From the NCBI GenBank assembly GCA_041658985.1, contig JBAZZC010000001.1, forward strand, positions 1,813 through 65,812: a stretch of DNA of 64,000 nucleotides, written 5' to 3'. Origin of the DNA: Minisyncoccota bacterium. GTDB taxonomy: Bacteria; Patescibacteriota; Minisyncoccia; Phycocordibacterales; DATDWN01. Positions 1 through 9,967 of the stretch are shown here, in pieces (position 1 is the stretch's first letter; each line of letters begins with the position of its first letter). Position numbers and translations under genes: made by a program. The notes beneath the pieces were generated by a model. It did not search any database and was not told the DNA's origin. It saw only the letters and a list, made by a program, of their open reading frames with translations.

Positions 1-287
1 ACACCATCGACACGGAAACTGTGTTCTTGCACGGAATCCTGCAAACTTCAGAGGAACAGAGAACCACAGTCCCCGTGCTGGAAATACGAGGAAAGGTGGG
101 AGTTCGAATCACTCAACACCTGAGTCTGGGTGGAGGAGTCTTCACCTCGCAATGGCTCAGCGTACCGATGGCTCCATCGTGGTCATTCCCTGGACAGTGG
201 ACCGCACTGGGGGGAACCAATTCGAAGCCCAACGTCCGGAACCTCTCGTTCATGGGCTACTCGTTCTTCGTCAGAGCCTCGTTCTAA
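1..287 (+). CDS. 3' end of hypothetical protein (partial), beta-strand-rich C-terminus ending in Phe
   Basis: GC-rich ORF running off the left edge; alternating hydrophobic pattern, ends ...GYSFFVRASF. Confidence 0.55.
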   Translation, partial: TIDTETVFLHGILQTSEEQRTTVPVLEIRGKVGVRITQHLSLGGGVFTSQWLSVPMAPSWSFPGQWTALGGTNSKPNVRNLSFMGYSFFVRASF

Positions 288-523
288 TCACGTTTCCTGA
301 CGTCACAAGCGCGCCGTAATGGCGCACATGTTCTTTACGGAGTTGAGAATTACGGTCTCAACTCAAAACCCAAGCTCTTCGTGCTAGAACCACTGGGAGC
401 TTGTTTCGGTTTAAAAAATTTCACTAACATTCGTCCAAATCTGAAATTTATAGAAGTGTTTCTTTGTATAAATTTATAAAAACATGTTGATAATAGAGTT
501 AGTGTAGGGGTATACTTATACAT

Positions 524-904
524 ATGTCGTTTATCTTTTCGTATCTATCTTGGCACTACTCAAAAGCTTTTTTGAATATCTACGGAATTTTTTCAAATTT
601 TCTCTGGGTAATTTACAGATTTTTTTCCATTCCACTCTTACTTAAGACCTTTTTCTCCCCTTGGCGCCGTCTGGATAGTTCATACTCACAAAAAGTCAAT
701 CTCGGAGAATATTTTGGCACTTTTGTTGTCAACACATTAATGCGTTTAGTCGGTATGTTTGTAAGGCTAATTGTGATAGTTGTTGGTATTCTTTGTTTAA
801 TCTTTGTGTTTCTACTTGGAATTGTCTCTTTTCTCGCCTGGATTATTTTACCAGTTTTTATTGTTTGGATTCTTTATACTGGAATAATAAAAATACTCCA
901 ATAA
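524..904 (+). CDS. Hypothetical membrane protein
   Basis: 126-aa hydrophobic ORF directly upstream of the Clp-like ATPase gene. Confidence 0.7.
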   Translation: MSFIFSYLSWHYSKAFLNIYGIFSNFLWVIYRFFSIPLLLKTFFSPWRRLDSSYSQKVNLGEYFGTFVVNTLMRLVGMFVRLIVIVVGILCLIFVFLLGIVSFLAWIILPVFIVWILYTGIIKILQ

Positions 905-905
905 T

Positions 906-3338
906 ATGAACAACACTATTTTGGAAAAAATCACAAAAAAATACGACCCAGCAAATACACTTGATGGTGTGATGCCTCTTAGGTGGCGAGAATTAATAAA
1001 AAATTTTTTTATTGATTTAACTATTTTTCTTTTTGTCTGGTTTGTTGCCTCTCCTACCGTTACTCCAGCATACACAACACTAATTCAAGGATTAACCTTG
1101 CTTTCTTTTGGTGTTGCATTTTTACTCTTTTGTTTAGACAGTTTCTGTCTTGATTTATATTTTGATGACCTACCGACAGTATTTACGGAACCACATTTTA
1201 AAAATCTTGAAATGACTGGGTCATATATTGTAGCGGGAATAATAAAAAGTACGAAAGAAGATGTTGCCTCTGGATTATTTCATTCTAGTATAGGTAGATT
1301 ACTAAGCACCCGTCTGGATATTCCTCTAGAAGAAGTAAATTTATTTATAAAAAACAAGAAAGATAAAGTCGCCCTAAGTCAGATTGAAATGCAAACCGAA
1401 AACAGGAGTGACCTATTTGAGAGTTATGCAATATCTATATACAAACAGGACAAAGAATTTAAGGACTTTCTTTTCCGTTATTCCATCAAGGAAAAAGAGC
1501 TCGGTGGCACAGCCCAGTGGATTACCAAACAATATGAAAGAGAAAAAAGAAATAGGAGGTGGTGGGGACGGGACGGCTTAAGCAAAGTAGATGGTATTGG
1601 AAAAGATTGGTCTTACGGAAAGGCTTTTGTTCTTGAGAAATATGCCACAAAGATAGAGGATTTGTATAACTTTTCCTCAAGCGGATTGGGACATCACAAA
1701 GAAGAGGTTGAAAAAATAGAAAGCATTCTTTCTCGAAAAAATGAGGCCAATATTTTGCTTGTGGCAGATGATGACCTACAAATGATTGGTATTCTTATAG
1801 AATTTTCAAAAAAAGTCCTTGGTGAAAAATCACCTTCTCTAAAAAATAAAATTATATTAACTGTTGATATAAACGATGTCATAGTTAATAAAAAAACAAA
1901 AGCGGATTTTGAAGAAGAAATCGTTAATATGTTTAACGGAGCGGTTGGAGCCGGAAATATAATCTTAGTCATTAAAAATCTTCCAAGTAGTATTTTAAAT
2001 AGCAACAGCATAGGAAGTGATTTTCTTGGACTGGTTGGCCCTTATTTAGACTCTCTTTCTCTCCAAATAATTGCCTTAAGCGATATTAAAAGTTTTCACC
2101 AGTATATTGAAAACAATATATCAATAATGGAAAAATTTGAGACCGTCCTTCTGAAAGAAGACTCCGAGGATAATCTCATTTATAATCTACAAAAAACCAC
2201 GGCTGAATTGGAGCAAAAATATGGCGTATTTTTTACGTATCCATCTCTAGTAGCTGTGGCTGAAAATGCCTCACGATATTTTATGGGACAGATTATTTCT
2301 GACAAAGCCAAGGACATGCTGGTTGAGTTGCCACAACTGGTTTTAAGACAAAAAAGAAAGACTGTAACTAAACAGGATGTTTTGAACATAGTAGAAACAA
2401 AAACCGGTATTCCTGTCGGAGAAATAAAAGAAAAAGAGAAAAATAAACTTCTGAATTTAGAAAAGATTCTCCACGAACGAGTTATAAGTCAAAACGAAGC
2501 TATCATTGCTATTGGGAGCAGTTTAAGACGAGCAAGGTCTGGCATAGAATCAGGAAATAAGCCTTTGGGCTCTTTCTTATTCCTTGGCCCAACCGGTGTA
2601 GGAAAAACGGAAACCGCCAAAGCTCTGTCTGAAGTATTTTTTGATAGTGATAAAAAGATAATTCGCCTAGATATGTCGGAATACAGCGGACCAAATGCTC
2701 TGTCTCAGCTTTTGGGTTCATTTGAAACAGGTAAGCAGGGTGTCTTAACTTCACTTTTGCGAGAAAATCAATATGGAGTTCTGCTTTTGGATGAGTTTGA
2801 AAAAGCTAATAGTGAAGTACATAATTTGTTTCTCCAAATATTGGACGAGGGAATTTTTTCTGATATGGTTGGTAAAAAAGTAAATGCCCGTAATCTTATT
2901 ATTATAGCCACATCAAACGCCGGAAGTTCTACTATCTGGGATTATGTTAAGGAATCAAAAAGTTTGGCCGACGGTAAACAAGAAATTATTGATGAAATTA
3001 TTCATCAAGGACTTTTCAAGCCAGAGCTTATAAACCGCTTTGACGGAGTTATTCTTTTCCACCCATTAAGTGAAACTGATTTAAAACAAGTAGCCAACCT
3101 GATGCTAAAAAAACTAGCCAAAAGATTAGAAGAAAAAAGTCTGGAATTAGTTATTACAGATGATTTGATAGATTATTTAGTGGAGAAAGGTTCGGACCCT
3201 GCATTTGGAGCTAGACCAATCAACAGAGCCATCCAAGATAATGTCGAAGAGATAATCGCCCGCAAATTAATAAGTGGTGATGTTAAACCAGGGTCACAAA
3301 TAACCATATCCAAAGAAGAACTGGTGTCAATAAAATGA
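906..3338 (+). CDS. ClpA/ClpB/ClpC-family AAA+ ATPase with N-terminal TM segments
   Basis: Second AAA module intact (FLFLGPTGVGKTE, RLDMSEY, LLLDEFEKA, FKPELINRFD, GARP); first module degenerate. Confidence 0.85.
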   Translation: MNNTILEKITKKYDPANTLDGVMPLRWRELIKNFFIDLTIFLFVWFVASPTVTPAYTTLIQGLTLLSFGVAFLLFCLDSFCLDLYFDDLPTVFTEPHFKNLEMTGSYIVAGIIKSTKEDVASGLFHSSIGRLLSTRLDIPLEEVNLFIKNKKDKVALSQIEMQTENRSDLFESYAISIYKQDKEFKDFLFRYSIKEKELGGTAQWITKQYEREKRNRRWWGRDGLSKVDGIGKDWSYGKAFVLEKYATKIEDLYNFSSSGLGHHKEEVEKIESILSRKNEANILLVADDDLQMIGILIEFSKKVLGEKSPSLKNKIILTVDINDVIVNKKTKADFEEEIVNMFNGAVGAGNIILVIKNLPSSILNSNSIGSDFLGLVGPYLDSLSLQIIALSDIKSFHQYIENNISIMEKFETVLLKEDSEDNLIYNLQKTTAELEQKYGVFFTYPSLVAVAENASRYFMGQIISDKAKDMLVELPQLVLRQKRKTVTKQDVLNIVETKTGIPVGEIKEKEKNKLLNLEKILHERVISQNEAIIAIGSSLRRARSGIESGNKPLGSFLFLGPTGVGKTETAKALSEVFFDSDKKIIRLDMSEYSGPNALSQLLGSFETGKQGVLTSLLRENQYGVLLLDEFEKANSEVHNLFLQILDEGIFSDMVGKKVNARNLIIIATSNAGSSTIWDYVKESKSLADGKQEIIDEIIHQGLFKPELINRFDGVILFHPLSETDLKQVANLMLKKLAKRLEEKSLELVITDDLIDYLVEKGSDPAFGARPINRAIQDNVEEIIARKLISGDVKPGSQITISKEELVSIK

Positions 3339-3967
3339 GAAATTTTATAATAATTATCGTTTTGGTCTTGGTCGTCGGTGGAGTATGGTTTGCTAAAAGC
3401 AAAAACGTGGCGGTTGTTGATAAAACCTTAACGTCCTATAACAATTCAAGCTTAGGAATTTCTTTTACTTATCCAAAAATCCTAACAGCTAGTACAACGA
3501 GTGGTGTTATAACCCTCCATCACGAAGTTCCTTTTGTTCACCATGATTATTGTGATTTTAAAGGAGAAATAGATACAACAATTAACACATTAACTGATTT
3601 TGATGTTAAATTCTTCATTCAAAACAAAAACCTTGTCGAAACAATGAAAACCGTCAGCCCCTATATCCCCCAAGAAAACTTTATAGACAACACAGTAATA
3701 GAATCGCCCGGATTTATTGATAAATACTCGGTTGGTAAACTAGATGGATACAAAATATTTGAAGGGGCCGAAGGTTGTGGCCAAACAACATATTATTTTC
3801 CTGTTTCGGATACAAAAACAATTGTTGTACAGGAAGCACTGGTTACGGTGTTTACGGGAGTAATAGATGTTGAGAATATGGATAAAGCCCTAGCTGTTCC
3901 GGGGGTTATAAATAAAGAAAAATCTGCTGAAATATTTGAATCTATTTTGAAAACTTTGAAAATATAG
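3335..3967 (+). CDS. Secreted or membrane-anchored hypothetical protein
   Basis: N-terminal hydrophobic anchor; ATGA overlap with upstream stop. Confidence 0.7.
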   Translation: MRNFIIIIVLVLVVGGVWFAKSKNVAVVDKTLTSYNNSSLGISFTYPKILTASTTSGVITLHHEVPFVHHDYCDFKGEIDTTINTLTDFDVKFFIQNKNLVETMKTVSPYIPQENFIDNTVIESPGFIDKYSVGKLDGYKIFEGAEGCGQTTYYFPVSDTKTIVVQEALVTVFTGVIDVENMDKALAVPGVINKEKSAEIFESILKTLKI

Positions 3968-4074
3968 AAAATTTGATTTCTTTCTCACTAAAATCAATTT
4001 TTCTTGTGTATTTACATAAAATATGCTATGTTTCTCCTATGTTTCTTAGGTTTTATTAATTAATCATATAATTT

Positions 4075-4584
4075 TTGTCTACATACGTTAGGATAAACAA
4101 TCAAATCCAAGCTCCAGAATTAAGAGTAATTATGGAGGATGGTTCTAATTTGGGAGTATTATCTTTCAAAGAGGCCCTGGATAAGGCTAGAGAGGCCGGA
4201 CTTGACCTCTTAGAGATATCACCAAATGCTGTCCCTCCTGTTGCAAAAATTATGGATTATGGTAAATTTCAGTATGCTGAAAACAAGAAGCAAAAGATAG
4301 CAAAAACCAAGGCCCATACGGTAGAAGTCAAAAATATACAAGTAAAAGTGGGTACTGGGGACCACGATTTAGAACTTAAAGCCAAGAAAGCTTCGGGTTG
4401 GTTAAAAGAAGGAAATCGTATAAAAATAGACCTTTTTCTCCCAGGTAGAACCAAATATATGGATATGAAGTTCCTACGTGAACGTATGGATAGAGTTTTG
4501 AAACTTATTACTGAAGAATATAAGATTGCTGATGAAGCCAAAAAGTCACCAAAAGGTCTTAGTATCATCATAGAAAAGGCATAA
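4075..4584 (+). CDS. infC: Translation initiation factor IF-3
   Basis: RINNQI, PPVAKIMDYGKF motifs; TTG start; infC-rpmI-rplT order. Confidence 0.95.
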   Translation: MSTYVRINNQIQAPELRVIMEDGSNLGVLSFKEALDKAREAGLDLLEISPNAVPPVAKIMDYGKFQYAENKKQKIAKTKAHTVEVKNIQVKVGTGDHDLELKAKKASGWLKEGNRIKIDLFLPGRTKYMDMKFLRERMDRVLKLITEEYKIADEAKKSPKGLSIIIEKA

Positions 4585-4596
4585 AAACAAGATATC

Positions 4597-4785
4597 ATGT
4601 CAACAAAAACAAACAAAAGCTTCACAAAAAGATTAAAAGTTAGTAAAAACGGCAAAATTAGTGCACGTAAAACTGGCCAAAATCATTTTAATGTTAAAGA
4701 AAGCCGAAGAACACAGCTTGCAAAGAAAAGAGGTGTATCTTTTACAATAAGTAATAAAGACAGAGCACATTATATTAAGAACTAA
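4597..4785 (+). CDS. rpmI: 50S ribosomal protein L35
   Basis: KTNKSFTKRLKVSKNGK; synteny. Confidence 0.9.
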   Translation: MSTKTNKSFTKRLKVSKNGKISARKTGQNHFNVKESRRTQLAKKRGVSFTISNKDRAHYIKN

Positions 4786-4815
4786 TTTTCAATTACTAAT
4801 TTCTAAACAAATACA

Positions 4816-5208
4816 ATGACACGGGTTAAAAAAGCGGTAAATGCCTTAAAATCAAGAAAAAATGTCCTCCGAAAGGTAAAGGGTTATAGACATGGAAGAA
4901 GCACAAAGGAGAGACAAGCAACTGAGGCCATATTTCATGCTGGAGCTTACGCTTTTGCCCACAGACGAGATAAAAAGAGTGATGCAAGAAAATTGTGGAA
5001 CGTAAAAATTTCGTATGCATGTAAAGAACTTGGCACGTCTTACAGCAAACTCATCGGGGCCTTAACAAAGAAAAAAATTCTTATAGACAGAAAAATCCTG
5101 GCCACTCTTGTAGAGGAAAACCCTGAAATATTTAAAAAAATCGTTGAATTCGCTAATTCAACCACTCCACCTAAAACAGCAAAAGAAAAAGAAACATCAA
5201 CAAAATAA
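4816..5208 (+). CDS. rplT: 50S ribosomal protein L20
   Basis: MTRVK, KGY, RKLW, IDRKILA motifs. Confidence 0.95.
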   Translation: MTRVKKAVNALKSRKNVLRKVKGYRHGRSTKERQATEAIFHAGAYAFAHRRDKKSDARKLWNVKISYACKELGTSYSKLIGALTKKKILIDRKILATLVEENPEIFKKIVEFANSTTPPKTAKEKETSTK

Positions 5209-5211
5209 TAT

Positions 5212-5239
5212 AATCTACTACAATATATCGTAGTAAATT
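5212..5239. repeat. Near-perfect 28-bp palindrome, third copy of the palindrome flanking the TrpR-like gene
   Basis: AATCTACTACAATATATCGTAGTAAATT; 2 mismatches to the copies at 32169 and 32641. Confidence 0.85.
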
Positions 5240-5274
5240 AATACAAAAATTCCGGCTCTGGCCGGTTTTTTGTT

Positions 5275-5565
5275 TTATAAATAGCCTCTTTTCTTCAATT
5301 CGGCTTTTGTCTTTTCAACAATTTCTAACATTATTGCTCCACCACCAATTTCTTGGCTCGGTCTTGTGAGTGCATCACCACTTTTTCTAATTAGATAACC
5401 TTCAGAGTCAAGTTCACCCGTAAAATTCTCTATGAAATATTCTCTGTCCTTAGTCCTTAAAAATTCTAGAGCTAGTCGTTGTAAAATAGGTTCAGCTATT
5501 GAGTCTGTCTGCAATTGAACTATATCCATCGCTTCATAATTTTTTGGTTCTGAGTCTATTACCAT
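5275..5565 (-). CDS. Hypothetical protein
   Basis: 96-aa ATG ORF co-oriented with the upstream MBL gene. Confidence 0.6.
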   Translation of the reverse strand: MVIDSEPKNYEAMDIVQLQTDSIAEPILQRLALEFLRTKDREYFIENFTGELDSEGYLIRKSGDALTRPSQEIGGGAIMLEIVEKTKAELKKRGYL

Positions 5566-5575
5566 ATATTTTTGA

Positions 5576-6952
5576 TTAAATTTTTAATCTATATATTTTA
5601 CCACGTTCCGGATAAATAGCATCTACATCCAGTTCTTCACGTAAACGTTGAACTAAATATGTTGAAGCACTTGGCTCGCCCATTACCACAAAGACTCTCT
5701 TGACTGTACTTGCTGTATTAGAAACCATTTCAACAATCCCGTCTGAATCTTTGTGCGATGAGTAGCCAGATATCATTTCTATTCTTGCCCGCACGGGAAT
5801 TACCTTGCCATTTATCTCTACTGATTTTGGTTTGTCTTGTATTCTCCTGCCTAGAGTTCCCACGGCTTGATACCCCATAAGAAGCACGGTGCTTTTTGGA
5901 TCTGGTAGAAAATTCATTTCGTGCCATGTTACCCTTCCCCCAGTCGACATGCCTGAACCAGCAATAATAATTTTTGGGTTAGGAATATTTACAATTTCTT
6001 CAGAATCACGAGATCCATGAGTTATTTTGAGTTTTGGAAAATTAAAAATATCGTCCCCACCACTTATTTCTCGTTGGACTTCTGGATTAAAATCTTTTTT
6101 GAATTGTTTATATATATTTGTAACTTTTAATCCCAAAGGTGAATCGAGATAAACTGGCACTGATGGAATTTTTCCTTCCTCTACCAAATTATTTAATTCA
6201 TACAATATGACTTGTGTTCTCTCTATAGAAAAGGCTGGCATAACTAGTGCACCCCTGTTATTGATTGTCTCCGTTACAATTTGTCGAAACCGAGTATCTC
6301 TTTCTGCTTTTGGCTCATGATTTCTGTCGCCATAGACACTGTCACAAATCAAATAATTGGCATCAGTAATTTTTTCCATATCTCTAAGAAGTGGTGCTGG
6401 TGAATTTCCAGAATCTCCAGTAAAAACAACTTTTTTGCCACCGTAACTAAACTCGTATATTGCTGAACCTAAAATATGCCCAGCATCTTTCAGATAAACC
6501 CCAAAATCTCCTATTTCTGTTTGTATGTGATAAGAAAGGGTCTCCCAGATAGAGAAGGTCTGTTCTAAATCAGCTATTTCATAAAGGGGCATCTCTTTTA
6601 CTTCCTCTGTTAGACTTTGTTTCTTCATCTCCATAACCTTCAAAGCATCCAGAAGCATTACATGGGCCAGCTCCTTTGTCTCTGGTGTAGAATAAATTGT
6701 TCCCCTGAAACCGTCTCTGACTAGTTTGCACACCCTACCAATGTGGTCCATGTGAGCGTGGGTAATAAATAGATAATTAATTGATTTTACATCATAGGAC
6801 CAAGGTTTATTATTTTCTTCGTATGAGTTCGGTGTACCTTGAACCAATCCACAGTCCACAAGTATTTTTGTCTTGTCACTTTCTAACAAAAAATTAGCAC
6901 CAGTAACCGTGCCTATTCCGGAAAAAAAAGTTATATTAAGTTTTTTTACCAT
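5576..6952 (-). CDS. MBL-fold beta-CASP ribonuclease
   Basis: THAHMDHIG, AGHILGS, FTGD, GSGM, YSSHKD motifs; start adjusted to MVKKLNITFF. Confidence 0.9.
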   Translation of the reverse strand: MVKKLNITFFSGIGTVTGANFLLESDKTKILVDCGLVQGTPNSYEENNKPWSYDVKSINYLFITHAHMDHIGRVCKLVRDGFRGTIYSTPETKELAHVMLLDALKVMEMKKQSLTEEVKEMPLYEIADLEQTFSIWETLSYHIQTEIGDFGVYLKDAGHILGSAIYEFSYGGKKVVFTGDSGNSPAPLLRDMEKITDANYLICDSVYGDRNHEPKAERDTRFRQIVTETINNRGALVMPAFSIERTQVILYELNNLVEEGKIPSVPVYLDSPLGLKVTNIYKQFKKDFNPEVQREISGGDDIFNFPKLKITHGSRDSEEIVNIPNPKIIIAGSGMSTGGRVTWHEMNFLPDPKSTVLLMGYQAVGTLGRRIQDKPKSVEINGKVIPVRARIEMISGYSSHKDSDGIVEMVSNTASTVKRVFVVMGEPSASTYLVQRLREELDVDAIYPERGKIYRLKI

Positions 6953-7331
6953 ATTTTTTTGTATACAAACCAACAAAAAGACCTCCCAAGACATCAAAGA
7001 CCAAATCTGAAGCTGTATCATTTATATACTCTGGTGTAGAAAAAGAAGAAACAAGACCAAAATATACTTCGTATATTTCCCAAAAAATACCCACCACTAG
7101 AGTTCCTAGTACAACAATTGCAACCGTTCTATAAATACTCCATACAGCCACATTAAAGATTTTCTGGAATAACAGCAATATTATTAATCCTACCGCCACC
7201 CCAGAAAGCAAATGAAGAACTATGTCATACCACCAAACCGTCCAAGTTAAATAAAACTTAGCGTCTAGAAGATATAAAACTAAAATCAAAACCAATAGAC
7301 CAAAAAGAACTTTACGTAATTTTGTATACAT
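6936..7331 (-). CDS. Membrane protein (DxxxH...WExxE...D type, VanZ/DUF2238-like)
   Basis: Hydrophobic; WYDIVLH, FWEIYE, DTASDL pattern. Confidence 0.7.
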   Translation of the reverse strand: MYTKLRKVLFGLLVLILVLYLLDAKFYLTWTVWWYDIVLHLLSGVAVGLIILLLFQKIFNVAVWSIYRTVAIVVLGTLVVGIFWEIYEVYFGLVSSFSTPEYINDTASDLVFDVLGGLFVGLYTKKYGKKT

Positions 7332-7338
7332 TTAATTT

Positions 7339-7473
7339 ATCCGCACACCAATTTTGGCATTGTGTTTTTGTTGCTTATTAAATATTTATCACAAAATATT
7401 ATTCTGATACTTTATAAATCAAATCATCATTTGTGAAAACACGATGCAACGATGCCAAATTTGGTGTTCGGAT
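7339..7473. repeat. Family A inverted-repeat element, copy 1
   Basis: ATCCGCACACCAATTTTGGCAT ... ATGCCAAATTTGGTGTTCGGAT. Confidence 0.9.
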
Positions 7474-7494
7474 TAATTGTATCAAAATTAAAAT

Positions 7495-7672
7495 ACCCAC
7501 GCATTATCGTGAGTCTCTTAATGGGACTACATAGATATTCCCCTACTACAAAAGTAGGTGGGTGCTCGCAAATGCACTCGTCAGAATGACAAATAAATTT
7601 GTCGCTCATCGTGGTACAAAAATATAAAGCTCCCTAAAAATTGTTATCCGGAAAATATCAAATGTAGTCCTG
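7495..7672 (-). ncRNA. ssrS: Probable 6S RNA
   Basis: Own promoter (TTGAAG-17-TATAAT), closing stem GGACTACAT/ATGTAGTCC, AACAATTT..GGGAGC and CACCCACCT motifs, downstream hairpin, ~175 nt, no credible ORF. Confidence 0.55.
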
Positions 7673-7745
7673 TATGAATTATACCTCCACCACAAACCAC
7701 TTCAATATTGCCCCAGGTAAATAAATGTGCTGTATAAAGAAAATT

Positions 7746-8327
7746 TTATTCGTCTACCCCAAAACGCTTATAATTATACACAGGAACATCCCCAAACCAG
7801 TGTTTAATCTCATGTGCCGATTCTTCGGGAGTTTCCGAACAATGGATGATGTTTGTTACGCAACGCTTTTCTTTGTTGGCTAGTGCAGGAGAATCAATAG
7901 AAAAATCACCCCTAATAGTTCCTACATCGGCCCTATATGGCAACGTATCTCCGGCAAGTTTACGAACAATATCAACCGAATGAATACCTTGGACTATCAT
8001 TTTTACCAGCGGTGCAGATTCCATAAAATCAACAAGCCACTTTCTAATCTCTGGACCAATTTTGGCTGGATCGTTTGTACCAAAATCTGAAATCAGGTCA
8101 TAACCATATTTTTCATAAGTAGATACAGTTTTACTTCCTAAACGAGTTATCCATTCTTCATTTTTTGGATAGTGATTATCCAATTGGTCGTGTGTTGGTT
8201 GAAACATTTCAAGAGCAACTATTTTCAGATCGCGTTGTTCAAAACGCCTAATAACTTCCCCAATCAGCCCTTTTCTAACCCCGTCTGGTTTTATCATTAC
8301 AAATGTTTTTTCTTCTTTTGGATGCAT
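7746..8327 (-). CDS. ndk: Nucleoside diphosphate kinase
   Basis: EKTFVMIKPDGV, GTIRGDF, NIIHCSE. Confidence 0.95.
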   Translation of the reverse strand: MHPKEEKTFVMIKPDGVRKGLIGEVIRRFEQRDLKIVALEMFQPTHDQLDNHYPKNEEWITRLGSKTVSTYEKYGYDLISDFGTNDPAKIGPEIRKWLVDFMESAPLVKMIVQGIHSVDIVRKLAGDTLPYRADVGTIRGDFSIDSPALANKEKRCVTNIIHCSETPEESAHEIKHWFGDVPVYNYKRFGVDE

Positions 8328-8392
8328 AAATAATAAGTTAAAAGTTTATAAAGTCATAAAGTCCATAAAGACTTGCAAAGATAATACAGGAA

Positions 8393-9160
8393 TTATTTTG
8401 TTAACACAATCGGGTCGCCATTAGTAATCGCAATGGTGTGTTCAAAATGAGCTGCTACAGAACCATCTGCTGTTTTGTATGTATAACCATCTTTAGCTAA
8501 AACAATCTTATCTCCACCCAATGTAAGCATCGGTTCAAGAGCAATGACCATTCCAGGCCGTAGAAGCTCACCCCCACCTCTTTGCCCCTCGTTGGGTACA
8601 AATGGGTCCTCATGGACCTTGTAGCCCACTCCATGGCCCGCCAAACCACTACAAATACCATATCCCAGGGCCCTGGCAAAGGATTCTATGGTAAAACCTA
8701 TGTCTCCTATATAACCACCCCCTTTGGCAGCTTTTATACCTAAACCGAGAGCTTCTTTACAATGTTCTATTAGTTTTTTATTTTTTGGAGAAATTTTTCC
8801 AACCCCAACAGTAATAGCACTGTCCGTAATAAGTCCCCCATGAATCAAACCCATATCCAGAGAAACAACATCTCCTTCCTGTAAGATAAGTGGGTCTTCA
8901 TTTGGAATGCCGTGAACGATTTCATTGTTTACTGAAACACACAAAGCAGAAGGGTAAGGTCTTTTTGCCCCGCGAGGAGTGTAGTTTAAAAAAGCCGGAG
9001 TGTCTCCCCCCTCTTTCACCAGTTGTCTAGTAAAATCCTCCAGCACCTCTGTAGAAATTCCAGCTTTAACTTTTTTTGAAACCTCCGACAAAATAAAAGC
9101 GAGGCGTTTGCCACCCTCTCTTAAAATTTCTATTTCCTTTTGGGTTTTAATCGTTACCAT
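8393..9160 (-). CDS. map: Methionine aminopeptidase type I
   Basis: CVSVNNEIVHGIP, GHGVG..HEDP, AHFEHT. Confidence 0.95.
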   Translation of the reverse strand: MVTIKTQKEIEILREGGKRLAFILSEVSKKVKAGISTEVLEDFTRQLVKEGGDTPAFLNYTPRGAKRPYPSALCVSVNNEIVHGIPNEDPLILQEGDVVSLDMGLIHGGLITDSAITVGVGKISPKNKKLIEHCKEALGLGIKAAKGGGYIGDIGFTIESFARALGYGICSGLAGHGVGYKVHEDPFVPNEGQRGGGELLRPGMVIALEPMLTLGGDKIVLAKDGYTYKTADGSVAAHFEHTIAITNGDPIVLTK

Positions 9161-9741
9161 CCTAATTTCTGAAGAATTTCTTTGTGAACGTTTTCTATTG
9201 ATTGTTCCCCATTAATTTCAGTAAATGTATATTTATCATCTTTTTTAAAATATTCAACAGCAGGATAAGTGTCTCTTTCAAACCAATCCAGTCTTTTTTC
9301 TATTCCATAACTGTTATCATCATCCCGACCACGAGCCAAAAGTCTCTCTCTAGACCATTGCCTAGAAACATTCATATAAACAACATTTATTTTTCTACTA
9401 TAAAACTCTGAAATAGAACTAAACACAACCGCTTCTGGTAATGACCTACAGATACCATCAAGCATAATATGTTCACCATCTTTAATTGTCTCTATGAGCA
9501 TATCCGCCCAAAATCTAACCGCTAAAAAGTCAGGCTGTCTTTCTCCTTTTTTATATATTTCTAGTGCCAGTTTATTTGAATATCCCTCTCCGGCAATAAA
9601 CTCCCGAAATTTTGAACCTGTTTCCAGATGAATAATTTCTTTCCCGGGGTCTTTTTCTTTTAAGAGTTTTTCTAAAAGAGCAACTTGGGTACCCTTGCCA
9701 CATCCAGAACGTCCTATAAATATAAATGTCTGAGGAGTCAT
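9154..9741 (-). CDS. adk: Adenylate kinase family nucleoside monophosphate kinase
   Basis: GRSGCGKGTQ P-loop, LDG..R, RGRDDD; secY-adk-map order. Confidence 0.85.
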   Translation of the reverse strand: MTPQTFIFIGRSGCGKGTQVALLEKLLKEKDPGKEIIHLETGSKFREFIAGEGYSNKLALEIYKKGERQPDFLAVRFWADMLIETIKDGEHIMLDGICRSLPEAVVFSSISEFYSRKINVVYMNVSRQWSRERLLARGRDDDNSYGIEKRLDWFERDTYPAVEYFKKDDKYTFTEINGEQSIENVHKEILQKLGW

Positions 9742-9768
9742 AAACTAAATTATAGCAAAAATACTTTC

Positions 9769-9905
9769 ATCCGAACACTAACTCTGGCATTGTCTCTGTG
9801 TTGCTATTCGGATAATAAAATAAATTATAGTAAGCTTGTCTAATTTACAAGTTAAGGTATAAATCGTGAGAGACGATGCAACGATGCCAGAGTTAGTGTG
9901 CGGAT
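9769..9905. repeat. Family A element, copy 2
   Basis: ATCCGAACACTAACTCTGGCAT ... ATGCCAGAGTTAGTGTGCGGAT. Confidence 0.9.
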
Positions 9906-9967
9906 AAATAAACAGCGAACCGTGGAGCGAGAAGTCGCCCCACGGTGTAGTCGAAAGGTACAATGCC

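Noticed and set aside
7520-7672. tRNA-like cloverleaf
   Set aside because: Too long, with no TTC T-loop or CCA end; no tRNA or rRNA gene was recognised in the window.
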